In this document: piece by piece, positions 9,958-19,180 of the stretch | Layout of the letters: each line of letters opens with the position of its first letter | Numbering within the stretch: the stretch's first letter is position 1 | Origin: a virus | Taxonomy: Duplodnaviria > Heunggongvirae > Uroviricota > Caudoviricetes | Length of the DNA stretch: 31,295 nucleotides | Reading direction: 5' to 3' (one strand) | IMG/VR virus record: IMGVR_UViG_2617270940_000005 | Span: 1 to 31,295 of that record | Position numbers and translations under genes: made by a program | Notes under the pieces: generated by a model | What the model was told of the DNA's origin: nothing | The model's input: the letters and a program-made list of their open reading frames with translations, nothing else | Database searches by the model: none

Positions 9958-12900
9958 TTAGTTACGTGGAGTGTTTGGGTTGAGTGATCCGCCAGGGCGT
10001 TTCTCTTGAGCGATAGTCTCAAGCGCGATTGCTTTCATCCGTTGAGCGGCATTGTTCCATATGCTTTCTGTATCGCCGGATTCAGTTGTGCTACCGTCAC
10101 TATGGACGTTGATCTCAATTGATACCGGAGAAAGAACATTTCCTCCTCCACTCATACCATCGGTACTGAGCGTTACAGGGATTGTTCGACCATCAGGCAA
10201 TGGAACATACGCCTCATTCATAGAACCTTCCCCAAACAACGCTAATTGAGGCGAGTTAGCAATACCGCCTTTCTGGTATGCCCGGAGCGGGATCACGCCG
10301 TCTTTTCCGAATATTCCTCCATTTGCAAACTTCGGTATTGCAGGAATGCCTTTAGTTCCGTCAGCCACACAGCTGGTTGCGGTTTTAGCAGAGCTTGATG
10401 CCACGCTGTCGAAACCACCGCCAGCCCAAGCTGAAACAAGACCAGATGCAACCGTTGCTCCAAAACTCAACCACTTATTACCAGAGCCGGAAGCATTAGC
10501 TCCAAGCATTGCAAACGCGGCAGACAGCGCGCCGGTAACAGAGCTGAGGTTCTGCATCGAGAAGATGGAGTCCTTCACGGCTTTTGTCTCGGCATCTTTG
10601 GCTTCAGTGCTATCAAATAGCCCTGATACCCAGCTACCAATCGCATTTGTTGCAGTGCCAATTGCGCTGGTGGTCTGCTGTGTTGTTTGCCCCAATCCAG
10701 TTACCGAACTGGACGTCTCCTTCGTGGCTTCTCCTACCGACTTGTCGCCATTGACCGCATTCATCCGGACGCCTTGGTTGGCAACCGCTGACGCGACACC
10801 AGAAAGAAGATTGCCGCTCTGAGAGCTGCCCGCTGCCGTCGTTCCCATACCCAGCATGTTCATGAGAGGCAGAGTGATCTGCGTCTTCACAACCATGTTG
10901 GTGATGTCGCGGAGAATGGATTCTGCCAGACTGGAGAAGTCCATTTTCCCCTTCATAACGAAGTCGGTCAGCGTATCCGTCATGTTGCTGAACAGGTTGC
11001 TCCAGCTGTTTTCCAGCTGATCGGCCAGATTCTCGTACTCAAGCGCCAGCTTCTGTGTCGCCGTACCCGTCTCTTTGATGAGCGCGGTGTTGCCTGCCGC
11101 CACCAGCTGGTTAATCTGCTTAGTGTACAGCGCCACGATTTTCGGGTCTGAAGCCCGGTCACGCAGATCCATCAACGCTTTCAGGTTACGGTTGTAGGTG
11201 TCTTCGAAATCAGCAACCTTCTCTTCACGAGACGGCTTGTAACCCGCGCTAATGATGGAATCGGATTCCGGCGCCCAGGTGGAGATCATCTGCTCGACGT
11301 TGCGGCGGTTGAACATCTCGCGATATTCAGGTGTCGCATTTTTGAGGTCTTCAAGACGTTTTTTCGCCTTGTCGATCATCTCTTGAGTGATGAACTCGTT
11401 AGGAACCGCATTAGCCAAATCAGTTAGCGATTTTGTTGTATCGCGAAGAGACTGATCAAACGATACCGTAGCCTTAGAGCTTTCACCCATTTGCCCCATA
11501 AGCTGATCGGCTTTATCCAGAGCCTTCTGATATCCGGCCGCCAGTTTCTGTTGCGCTGCCTGTTCTTTCTTGGTCGCACGCTGAGAAGCATTGGCTGTAC
11601 GTCGCCCGGCTTTTTCCGCTGCTGCGGCATCCTGTTCGCGCGCTTTGGTCAGCGCGGCAATGGCTGCGGCGCGTTCCGCATCGCTCATTTTCTCCAGAGA
11701 GCTGGCACTGGATGCTTTCTGCAAATTAAGCTGCGTCTTGAGTTGTTTAGGCCCAATAATCGGCTTACCTTCGAAGTCCATCATCGGAGTGCCGTCAGGA
11801 AAAGTACGCTGATAAGTCGCAGAATCCATCTGGTTTCGCATATATTGCGCCAGAGCTTTCTGGGCCGCCTTGTCGCTCGTACCAAGCCCCAACACGGTTC
11901 CCTGGTTGGACATGACGTCCTTACCAGTTTTGGCGGCGTTATCACGCTCAAATTCGGCCTGAGTCAACTCCTGAGCGACAGCTTCCAGATGCACCTGATA
12001 GCCTAGAATACTGCCTTGTATCTTCTGAACCTGCTCGGTATTGCCCTCTTTCTTCGCCTTTTCGAGCAGATCGTTGTAGTGAGCAATCTGCTTCTCGGTC
12101 GCGTTTTTACGAGAGGACAGGGAATCAACCAGTTTTTGCGCAGGCTCCAGATAGCTTTTGTTTACCGTTTCACGTAACGGTGCCAATAGCTTGTTCTTTT
12201 CGTCATCTGAAAGTGAACCGTCATCATTGATTTTCTGGATCTTATCCAGAGCCTCCTGCCGGGCTTTCACGAATGTTGCCGCGAAAATCTGGTTTTCCGC
12301 TCGAATTTTCTCAATCTGAGATTCGGCAGCCTCTTTAGCCAAACGCTTTGCTACAGCGCCGTCACCAAGAGCTATCGTGCCGGTTATCTTTTGATACTCT
12401 TCCTGATTTTTTTTCAGGCGTGCTTCGATGTCAGCCTTCGACTCTTTGTGAGTAATAACACCGGCAGAGTTAGATACGTAATTAACACTCTCACCAGTTT
12501 TTAATGCTCGTTGATCAGCAAGAATCTGCTTTTCGAGCTTTTCTGCGCGGTCGGCCATTTGTGCACGTTTGGCCGCCGTCATCGCCTCTGGTATTTTCCT
12601 AATCTCGTCAACAACCTTTGAAGTTTCGCTTCGGAGCATGGTCATGTACGTGATTAGGCCAGCAACAGCTACAGTGGCAACTGTAAATGCTGCCCCTATA
12701 GGGTTTGCTGCAATGAACGCCGTTAATCCAGCAAAAGCGCCTTTAAGCCCCGTAATCGCCCCACGGATGGCGAAAATAAGAGAGGGGATCGGAGCCAGCC
12801 CCATACGTGCCGCACGATTGAATCGAGTTACTGCTGTAGCGCCGAGGTTAAATGGAGTCTGTATGGCGGTCGCCATCGTGGCAAAGGTGCTAACCATCTG

Positions 12901-14541
12901 GCTCCCAGCGCCAACTACCCCCATGATCCCTGCTCGCATCAGTTTGAACGCAACCATCGCGGCCACGACCTTACCAAGATTAATTACCAGCTCTTGGTTC
13001 TTTGCTAACCATTGAGCAAGCTGACGCAACCCATCGATTGCCGTCGTTAACCCCGAACCTAAAGAATTAGCAAACGAAATTCCTTCTGCGCTATTCATGA
13101 TGGAGGCTAGTTCTTTCATTCCCTTAGAGAGAGAATCCAGATAGCCCGTCTGACCGACACGATCGGCGAACAACGTAAAGGAGGTTTGTAGTTGCGCCAG
13201 CGCACCGGTGTAGGTTTGCATCATGTCTTTGGCGGCGTTTTCGTTCTCTGCACGCAGACCAACGAACATCAGCGATAACGCCTGTTTCGCTTCCACAGTA
13301 CCGCTGGAGACTGCTTTGGTCAGTTCCCCCATAGTAATGCCGGCAGCGTCTGCCATCGCTTTCATCGCGTTAGGAACGGCTTCACCTAATTGCTGACGCA
13401 GTTCTTCCATCGAAACAACGCCCTTACCGGACATCTGCTGGACGGCCACGGCTGCGCGTTTTAGCAGTTCACTATCGCCGCCGAAGCGTGCAACAGAGTC
13501 CACCAATGCTTTCAGCGATCCGTCAGTAGGATCGAGACCTGCCGAGCGAAATTTAACGAAGGAATCGGTCAGAGCCTGCATCGCAAACGGAGCATTTTGC
13601 GCCATATCCACGATGTACTGCATATCCTCTGCGGCTGCTTTGCCCGGGTTGGCCTTGTCCTTGTTCAGCCCGCGCAACATGACACGCATACGCTCCATTT
13701 CGGAGGCGGCTTCAATGATTGGCTTCTGCCAGCCGAACAGGATGTCTGTTACCGTTCTTGCCGCATCACCAATCTCACCAAGCAGGAAAATGTTGCCGCG
13801 CAGACCAGAGAAAACGCCGTCTTCAGCACCGCGCCCACCGTTGCCATAGGAACCGCCGTGTCGACTGCCACCGCCATTACCTCCGCTCTCACCGTAGCCG
13901 CTGGTGCGCACACGTACCGGCTTGCTGATCAGTTGCTGGCGGCCAATCACCGCATCCATCTGATCGCGGACTTTCTTCAGCCCCTCGGCAGCCTGGTTCG
14001 TTGTGACGCCCCAATTACTGAGACGCTTCGTCGTGGTGTTAAGGCGCGTATTCATACCACTCACGGATGTAGAGGCTTCTTTTACCTCCGTACCGAAGCG
14101 GCTGGCGCTCTTACCAGCGAACGTTGCCCAATCGGAAAACTCATTGAGTTCAGACTGAACCTTGCGCAACGATGTGGTGAGCTTATTAACGGAAGAGGTG
14201 GTTGTGTCGATGCGCTCAATCAGGGTTTTGAGACCTGAATTGAGGCTGGTAATGTTGCCTCGCGTCTTGCGCGAAACATCAGACACAAGTTCGAAGCCGG
14301 CAGCTACATCCTGTAGTTTGTCTGCCGTGGCATCGAGCTTGGACTCCAGAACGCCGATGATGCGGGAGACCGAACCCAACGAGCGTTCCAGATTGTTAAT
14401 TTTCTGAGCTGGTTTTGTGGCCTGCTCCCCGAATCTGGTAAGTAGCTTACCCGCCCGGTCGATTGACGCTGTAAACTGCTTGTCTTCCAGCGACAGGACA
14501 AACTCTACGTTTTGTGACATTCCCTTGTCATCCTCTGCCAA
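9958..14541 (-). CDS. Tail tape measure protein
   Basis: 1527 aa, largely helical with Ala/Gln/Lys-rich heptad-like sequence, a Gly-rich segment (GYGESGGNGGGSRHGGSYGNGGRG) and hydrophobic segments; located between the G/T chaperone pair and M as in lambda. Confidence 0.85.
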   Translation of the reverse strand: MAEDDKGMSQNVEFVLSLEDKQFTASIDRAGKLLTRFGEQATKPAQKINNLERSLGSVSRIIGVLESKLDATADKLQDVAAGFELVSDVSRKTRGNITSLNSGLKTLIERIDTTTSSVNKLTTSLRKVQSELNEFSDWATFAGKSASRFGTEVKEASTSVSGMNTRLNTTTKRLSNWGVTTNQAAEGLKKVRDQMDAVIGRQQLISKPVRVRTSGYGESGGNGGGSRHGGSYGNGGRGAEDGVFSGLRGNIFLLGEIGDAARTVTDILFGWQKPIIEAASEMERMRVMLRGLNKDKANPGKAAAEDMQYIVDMAQNAPFAMQALTDSFVKFRSAGLDPTDGSLKALVDSVARFGGDSELLKRAAVAVQQMSGKGVVSMEELRQQLGEAVPNAMKAMADAAGITMGELTKAVSSGTVEAKQALSLMFVGLRAENENAAKDMMQTYTGALAQLQTSFTLFADRVGQTGYLDSLSKGMKELASIMNSAEGISFANSLGSGLTTAIDGLRQLAQWLAKNQELVINLGKVVAAMVAFKLMRAGIMGVVGAGSQMVSTFATMATAIQTPFNLGATAVTRFNRAARMGLAPIPSLIFAIRGAITGLKGAFAGLTAFIAANPIGAAFTVATVAVAGLITYMTMLRSETSKVVDEIRKIPEAMTAAKRAQMADRAEKLEKQILADQRALKTGESVNYVSNSAGVITHKESKADIEARLKKNQEEYQKITGTIALGDGAVAKRLAKEAAESQIEKIRAENQIFAATFVKARQEALDKIQKINDDGSLSDDEKNKLLAPLRETVNKSYLEPAQKLVDSLSSRKNATEKQIAHYNDLLEKAKKEGNTEQVQKIQGSILGYQVHLEAVAQELTQAEFERDNAAKTGKDVMSNQGTVLGLGTSDKAAQKALAQYMRNQMDSATYQRTFPDGTPMMDFEGKPIIGPKQLKTQLNLQKASSASSLEKMSDAERAAAIAALTKAREQDAAAAEKAGRRTANASQRATKKEQAAQQKLAAGYQKALDKADQLMGQMGESSKATVSFDQSLRDTTKSLTDLANAVPNEFITQEMIDKAKKRLEDLKNATPEYREMFNRRNVEQMISTWAPESDSIISAGYKPSREEKVADFEDTYNRNLKALMDLRDRASDPKIVALYTKQINQLVAAGNTALIKETGTATQKLALEYENLADQLENSWSNLFSNMTDTLTDFVMKGKMDFSSLAESILRDITNMVVKTQITLPLMNMLGMGTTAAGSSQSGNLLSGVASAVANQGVRMNAVNGDKSVGEATKETSSSVTGLGQTTQQTTSAIGTATNAIGSWVSGLFDSTEAKDAETKAVKDSIFSMQNLSSVTGALSAAFAMLGANASGSGNKWLSFGATVASGLVSAWAGGGFDSVASSSAKTATSCVADGTKGIPAIPKFANGGIFGKDGVIPLRAYQKGGIANSPQLALFGEGSMNEAYVPLPDGRTIPVTLSTDGMSGGGNVLSPVSIEINVHSDGSTTESGDTESIWNNAAQRMKAIALETIAQEKRPGGSLNPNTPRN

Positions 14542-14890
14542 AAATTTGCATCAGTTGCTCTTTGGCGTCAGAGTCTGCCTTATCCTTGCGCGGATCGTAG
14601 ACTTTATCGGTTACGACTGGTCTTCCAATCCTGAGTTGCAAACCCTCCATGAACGCCTTCACGCCCTCGCCATCTGCCTGGGCAGCGCGAGCGACTTGCA
14701 GGTTGCGGACATCCTCTTCCGCACGTAGACGGTCGATGTTGCGACTGAGCATCCAGAACATCGTTAGAGGGACGCCCAGCAGCTCTAATGGCGACACGGC
14801 GTAGTGAGCAACTACACGACTGAAATAGAATCCGAGATCTATCGATACGGTCTTTACCCCGGATTCATCGCGGGAAATTACTTTGCCCCT
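14528..14890 (-). CDS. T-frame ORF of the tail assembly chaperone pair, probably made only as a G-T fusion by -1 frameshift
   Basis: This frame is open from 14890, is -1 relative to G, has no start codon or RBS near its 5' end (track start is an internal GTG at 14797) and overlaps the tape measure start. Candidate slip site is the last G codon, GCA_AAG_TAA at 14886-14878. Confidence 0.55.
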   Translation of the reverse strand, partial: RGKVISRDESGVKTVSIDLGFYFSRVVAHYAVSPLELLGVPLTMFWMLSRNIDRLRAEEDVRNLQVARAAQADGEGVKAFMEGLQLRIGRPVVTDKVYDPRKDKADSDAKEQLMQIFGRG

Positions 14891-15195
14891 TCACCAGCCG
14901 CTTTTTCGTTCTCTTCATCAATCACTTCCATAGCGAAGGTGAAGATTTGCTGAAGCTGCGGAACAGTCAGTTTTTCCAGTACAGTGTCCGGCACGGATGG
15001 GATGACCTTGCGAACCAGGTCGGCGTAAGCAGTAACCTGCTCTACAGGAGACATGTTCTGAAGATCTTTGCCTTCCATCTGCTTGATGGAGACGAACAGA
15101 CCAACTGTCATTTCAACGATGGGGTATTCCTGACCGCCGAACTTGATACTTTTCTTCGGAGGTAGAATGGAGTCGAGATCGAGTAATTTGGTCAT
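14878..15195 (-). CDS. Tail assembly chaperone, lambda gpG-like
   Basis: 105 aa, acidic C-terminus, directly after the major tail gene and before the T-frame ORF and tape measure; AAAAGGAT RBS. Confidence 0.65.
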   Translation of the reverse strand: MTKLLDLDSILPPKKSIKFGGQEYPIVEMTVGLFVSIKQMEGKDLQNMSPVEQVTAYADLVRKVIPSVPDTVLEKLTVPQLQQIFTFAMEVIDEENEKAAGEGAK

Positions 15196-15200
15196 TGGTT

Positions 15201-15237
15201 AAAATCCTTTTAAAAGAGAGGCTCTTCCTGAGCCTCT
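15201..15237 (-). terminator. Terminator-like hairpin after the major tail protein gene
   Basis: agaggctc-ttcct-gagcctct, 8-bp stem, followed on the minus strand by CUUUUAAAAGGAUUUU. Confidence 0.5.
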
Positions 15238-15254
15238 GCTTAGTCACGTCACGA

Positions 15255-16001
15255 TTATTCGGCAGAATTAACCGTTACAGCTTTGGTCGCTTTCTTGCCG
15301 CCGCTATTGCTGGTGAAGGAGATATTTGCCGAACCTTCAGCTACTCCGCGAACCAGACCAGTCTGATCAACGGTAGCCTTCTCCTGATTGTCGGACTCCC
15401 ACACACCGGTTTTGTCGCCGGCATCTGCAGGTGTGATCTGGGCTGCCAGCTGCACGCTCTCACCGGCTTTAACTTCCGGAGAATCCGGAGAGATAGAGAC
15501 GGATTTAACCGGCTTTGGGCCGCTCATTTTCCCCAGAATACCGTCGTCATCCGGGTAAGCGGTGAACTGAACCGAGAACACGCGAACATCATCAGACTGG
15601 TAGGTCATGGTGAAGTTACCTGCGGTCGCAGCTTTCGGGATGGTCAGAACGTAGTCGGTGGTATCCTGCGGGGTCAGAACCAGCTCTTTAGCTACGTCGA
15701 TCAGGTTGACGCCCTGTGCGGAAGTGATGGTCACAGAGTTATCTTCTTCACTCAGGGTAGAACCCGGCATCAGATCGACCATATTCTGCAACACAGACTC
15801 GGCCAGCGGCGCAGTGATAGTGATGTTACGGCCCTGTACCAGCTCGGAGATGGTGGTTTGCCCTAGCTGGTCTACGGTAACTTTCAGAGTTTCGGTCGCA
15901 ACCTCAACCTGAACACCGCCTTTGGTGTAACCCAGATCAACACCACCAAACGACACTTTGCAGGCGCCAAGTTTGATGTTTTTTACATGGGTATTGGACA
16001 T
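15255..16001 (-). CDS. Major tail protein with C-terminal Ig-like (Big_2-type) domain
   Basis: 248 aa with AAGGAG RBS, directly upstream of the chaperone pair; C-terminal ~90 aa (VKSVSISPDSPEVKAGESVQLAAQITPADAGDKTGVWESDNQEKATVDQTGLVRGVAEG) looks like a bacterial Ig-like domain, as in lambda gpV. Confidence 0.7.
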   Translation of the reverse strand: MSNTHVKNIKLGACKVSFGGVDLGYTKGGVQVEVATETLKVTVDQLGQTTISELVQGRNITITAPLAESVLQNMVDLMPGSTLSEEDNSVTITSAQGVNLIDVAKELVLTPQDTTDYVLTIPKAATAGNFTMTYQSDDVRVFSVQFTAYPDDDGILGKMSGPKPVKSVSISPDSPEVKAGESVQLAAQITPADAGDKTGVWESDNQEKATVDQTGLVRGVAEGSANISFTSNSGGKKATKAVTVNSAE

Positions 16002-16050
16002 TGTTGGAAAACTCCTTTTTCCGTTTAATCAGCACCTTCATGGCGCCAAT

Positions 16051-16071
16051 AGTAAGTATATATTTACTTAT
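16051..16071. repeat. Instance C of TAAGTA..TACTTA motif
   Basis: agtaagtatatatttacttat, in the gap upstream of the major tail gene. Confidence 0.5.
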
Positions 16072-16075
16072 TTTG

Positions 16076-16459
16076 TTAATTCAACAAATAGCCCGCAAAT
16101 TCAATCGGGATGCCCGCTTCAATCAACGAGCCTTCGTTTTTTGGATAAGTTATCGGCATCGACATTGGTCGTACCAACCGGAAGTAAACGCCATCTGACA
16201 CGGTTTCCTCGACCGGAAACATGTCCATGATCTTATTGGCTTTCGCCACCGCCTTTGTGATCGTCGCATTACGCACGATGACGGTAAAAGAGTCGTGATA
16301 AAAACCTTTTAACTCATGGTCAATGGCGATCCCCGTATTAGGAGTAACCAACAGGATGCCGGACTTCACATTGGCTGGCATGTAGTGACAGAAAATGTCA
16401 GTGCCGAGTGTGCCGATCTTCGCCTTCTGCATCAGGCTCGCAAATGCTTCAATAAACAC
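16076..16459 (-). CDS. Tail terminator / tail completion candidate (by position only)
   Basis: 127-aa ORF immediately upstream of the major tail gene; no recognisable motif. Confidence 0.4.
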   Translation of the reverse strand: MFIEAFASLMQKAKIGTLGTDIFCHYMPANVKSGILLVTPNTGIAIDHELKGFYHDSFTVIVRNATITKAVAKANKIMDMFPVEETVSDGVYFRLVRPMSMPITYPKNEGSLIEAGIPIEFAGYLLN

Positions 16460-16460
16460 A

Positions 16461-16934
16461 TCAACCTCTCGTAAAACCTGCTTTCCTTGCTGCTTCAGCT
16501 ATCGTCTGAGCGAACTGTTTCTCACTGACCTGTGCCGCTCTTTCAAGGAACAAAGGCCCAACGCGTGGCTTCACACCAGCAACTGGCGGGTTGGTGACGC
16601 TCTTCATGCGGGAGAGATAGCCGAGACGATACTTGCCCAACTCCATGTACTCCGCATAATCGCCAACCTCAACACCAGGGTTCCCTTCGCGCGGTTTAGC
16701 CCCAGACACCGATAACTCAATACGCAGCCCCGTATAGCCCTCTTTGACAACTCTCGCGAAAATCGCGCTTTCGAGTGAGCCAGTCTCCAGCGGAGCCATT
16801 GCCCGCGCCAGACGCTCAACCAGACGCGCCAGCTTCTCCATGTCACGAATGAGATAACGCTTAAAGGCTTTCTGGCTGTTATTGAGTCTGTCGCCAGCAC
16901 GCTTAAACTGATGCGAGTCATACTTCAGGCCCAT
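16461..16934 (-). CDS. Neck / tail-completion protein, HK97 gp10-like candidate
   Basis: Start refined to ATG 16934 (track 16982). TGSLESAIF...VEVGDYAEYMELG resembles the HK97 gp10 family signature as I recall it. Confidence 0.45.
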   Translation of the reverse strand: MGLKYDSHQFKRAGDRLNNSQKAFKRYLIRDMEKLARLVERLARAMAPLETGSLESAIFARVVKEGYTGLRIELSVSGAKPREGNPGVEVGDYAEYMELGKYRLGYLSRMKSVTNPPVAGVKPRVGPLFLERAAQVSEKQFAQTIAEAARKAGFTRG

Positions 16935-17269
16935 ATGTTTGCCCCTACTTCCAGATGACCAGGGCGTCCACGTAACCCCCAACGACGATGCACACTGGAT
17001 ACCTTCAGCTTTAGCCCCTCCAGAATAAGAACGTCATCAAGTTGCACTGCGGCCTCAAGTGGGACCACCAGAACGACATCGAACAATTCCATATTGGCTT
17101 TTCCGCGACTGCCGGAGCTGTCCGCACGTACCGATGACTTCTCATTACTTTGTTCAAACTTAACGACACCGACGTTCGTCTTCCTGACGAACTGCAATTG
17201 CGCTTCACCGTAGACATTCTTCGAACCCAGACGGTAAATCGCCATCTCTGCTTGCCATGAAATGTTCAT
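16925..17269 (-). CDS. Head-tail joining protein candidate
   Basis: 114-aa ORF from ATG 17269 (MNISWQAEMAIYRLG...); the track start at 17383 would overlap the upstream gene. Confidence 0.35.
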   Translation of the reverse strand: MNISWQAEMAIYRLGSKNVYGEAQLQFVRKTNVGVVKFEQSNEKSSVRADSSGSRGKANMELFDVVLVVPLEAAVQLDDVLILEGLKLKVSSVHRRWGLRGRPGHLEVGANIWA

Positions 17270-17366
17270 GCACTCTCCCTGTGGTTGGCATCCGCACGCA
17301 TTACCAGGCGAAGGCGCGATTGTGCGTCTTGAGCCTTTCGACCAGAAGTAAATAATGCGACTGGCG

Positions 17367-18200
17367 TTACGCACGGCGAACAATCATGCGGTTGTTGATG
17401 TAGCTGACCAGCAGTCTCCAGGTACTGCGAGCCACATGTAAATTTGCCGCTTTGCCGGTGCGGTACATATTTGTCGTTTCACCAATGGATTCAGACAGGA
17501 TGCCGTCCTCGCGAGCTGCCGCTACGTCATTGCCGTTAGCGATTTCGCAGGCTTCATTAACCACGGCCAGCATTAATGTCTGTTTGAAGTAGTCAGGGAA
17601 TTCGTCGAATTTATCCTGCGTCATCTTCTCCCAATCAATCAGATCGTGACGATATGCCCCGTCAGCACCCCACGGTACGTCATATACGTTCAGCATGTTT
17701 TGTGGACGGTCGTACCGATCGAAATCGATACGAAGGACTTTGCGGATTGAAAACGGCAGCGTTTTGACGCGTCTGGTGGCCTCAATGAGACGTTTGCGCA
17801 TCAGCCCGTCACCATCAGCCAACAGAGTGTCGCCGTTCAGCATGTCGATGGCTTGCATCTGGGCGTCTGCGACCGTTGCGAATGACTGGCCTGGGATAGA
17901 CAGCTCGAAGCTATTTAGCAGAACGTACATCTTGCGCTCTTCATGCGTCAGACCGGATGCCACTGCTTTGACGAGGACGTAACGCAGATCGCGCTCTTTG
18001 TCGGCAAGCAGGTTGTGTTCGGCCGACACGACAACCGGAATGGACATCTGCCCCTCAGTAATATCGAGAGGTTCGTTATCAACGATGATCGAACCCGCGC
18101 CATCTCTGACGGTATACGTTGCCGACTCAATATCCAGAACGTTAAATGCAAACGACAGGGAAACGGCTTCCCCGCTACGGTACGTGTCGATCTGTGCCAT
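17367..18200 (-). CDS. Hypothetical morphogenesis protein (277 aa)
   Basis: Start ATG overlaps the upstream stop (TAATG); sits in the head-tail connector region. Confidence 0.5.
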   Translation of the reverse strand: MAQIDTYRSGEAVSLSFAFNVLDIESATYTVRDGAGSIIVDNEPLDITEGQMSIPVVVSAEHNLLADKERDLRYVLVKAVASGLTHEERKMYVLLNSFELSIPGQSFATVADAQMQAIDMLNGDTLLADGDGLMRKRLIEATRRVKTLPFSIRKVLRIDFDRYDRPQNMLNVYDVPWGADGAYRHDLIDWEKMTQDKFDEFPDYFKQTLMLAVVNEACEIANGNDVAAAREDGILSESIGETTNMYRTGKAANLHVARSTWRLLVSYINNRMIVRRA

Positions 18201-18634
18201 TACTCACCGCCCTGTGCTTTCAGGATACCCTCGATCATTTCAACGATGCCTTTGGCTTTCACGCCAATTTGGTTGCCGATCTGACGAAGACCCGCAATAC
18301 CTTCACAGTCCGCAATCGACTCCAGTTCTTCACGAGTAAAGCGCTGTACCGGTTTGGGCTTTGTTTCAGCCGCACCACGTTTCATTGGCACAATATCCGG
18401 GGCTGGCGTCTCGACAATGTCTTCCGCAGTCAAGTTATTGCGGCTACTGTACGCGGCAGAAGGAGATACATTTTTACCTTCAACGGTAGTCGCACGCATG
18501 GAAGCACAAATCCGCTGCTGATCGACGAATGGCAGTTCAGCAACTGAGATACCGTCTACAAACTTGATACCGCAGAGAATCCCCGTGTACCCCAAAAATT
18601 GAGGCTCCAATAAACGAATTTTTGCTGGTTTCAT
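18200..18634 (-). CDS. Hypothetical head-associated protein with a Rho-N/SAP-like C-terminal helix pair
   Basis: Start refined to ATG 18634 (track GTG 18646). C-terminus REELESIADCEGIAGLRQIGNQIGVKAKGIVEMIEGILKAQ resembles the Rho_N/SAP motif seen in phage proteins. Confidence 0.45.
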   Translation of the reverse strand: MKPAKIRLLEPQFLGYTGILCGIKFVDGISVAELPFVDQQRICASMRATTVEGKNVSPSAAYSSRNNLTAEDIVETPAPDIVPMKRGAAETKPKPVQRFTREELESIADCEGIAGLRQIGNQIGVKAKGIVEMIEGILKAQGGE

Positions 18635-18677
18635 TTTTCTTCTCACTTAATGGACAGCTATGCTGCCCATATGTTGG

Positions 18678-19106
18678 TTACGCAGCCGGTGCTGCGGTCA
18701 CTTCAACGGTCGCAGTCGCTTTGTGACTGCCATCATGTGAAGCCACTTCAATGGTTGCCGTACCAACGGCTACGCCAACTACGTTACCGTTCTGATCCAC
18801 GGTCGCTTTGTCGCTATTTTGAGAAGTCCAGGTGACTTTTTGATTGGTTGCGTTTGACGGTTGCACATCAACTCGCAATTTGACTGACTTCCCCTTCTCA
18901 ACAGAGACAGAATCAGGAGTCAGAGCAACAGACTCCACGCTGACAGACTGCGTGAACGGAACTGTCCGGAAGCAAGCCGCAAGATGGTTCTGCTGGCGCT
19001 CGCTCAGAGGCTCGTTGGAGACGGAGTTGGTGAATCCGGCACGGCACATATGCCCTGTGAAATCCGCAAACGTCTCCTCCATGATTTTCATCTTTTGTTC
19101 TGGCAT
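18678..19106 (-). CDS. Ig-like (Big_2-type) domain protein, probable head decoration/accessory protein
   Basis: AGGAGCG RBS; C-terminal ~85 aa (SVESVALTPDSVSVEKGKSVKLRVDVQPSNATNQKVTWTSQNSDKATVDQNGNVVGVAVGTATIEV) typical of bacterial Ig-like domains. Confidence 0.65.
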   Translation of the reverse strand: MPEQKMKIMEETFADFTGHMCRAGFTNSVSNEPLSERQQNHLAACFRTVPFTQSVSVESVALTPDSVSVEKGKSVKLRVDVQPSNATNQKVTWTSQNSDKATVDQNGNVVGVAVGTATIEVASHDGSHKATATVEVTAAPAA

Positions 19107-19117
19107 TTATCGCTCCT

Positions 19118-19144
19118 ACAAAAAAGGTGGGCGTATAGCCCACC
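19118..19144 (-). terminator. Intrinsic terminator after the major capsid gene
   Basis: ggtgggc-gtata-gcccacc, perfect 7-bp GC stem, followed on the minus strand by UUUUUUG. Confidence 0.7.
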
Positions 19145-19149
19145 CATAT

Positions 19150-19167
19150 TAAGTAGATAACTACTTA
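19150..19167. repeat. Instance D of TAAGTA..TACTTA motif
   Basis: taagtag-ataa-ctactta, perfect 7-bp arms; between capsid stop and the terminator. Confidence 0.6.
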
Positions 19168-19180
19168 CCTAGTATTCTGA

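Noticed and set aside
13597-14238. 213-aa plus-strand ORF (and other plus-strand ORFs between 4032 and 14728)
   Set aside because: All lie inside and antisense to the J and tape-measure genes, whose minus-strand frames are long and uninterrupted.
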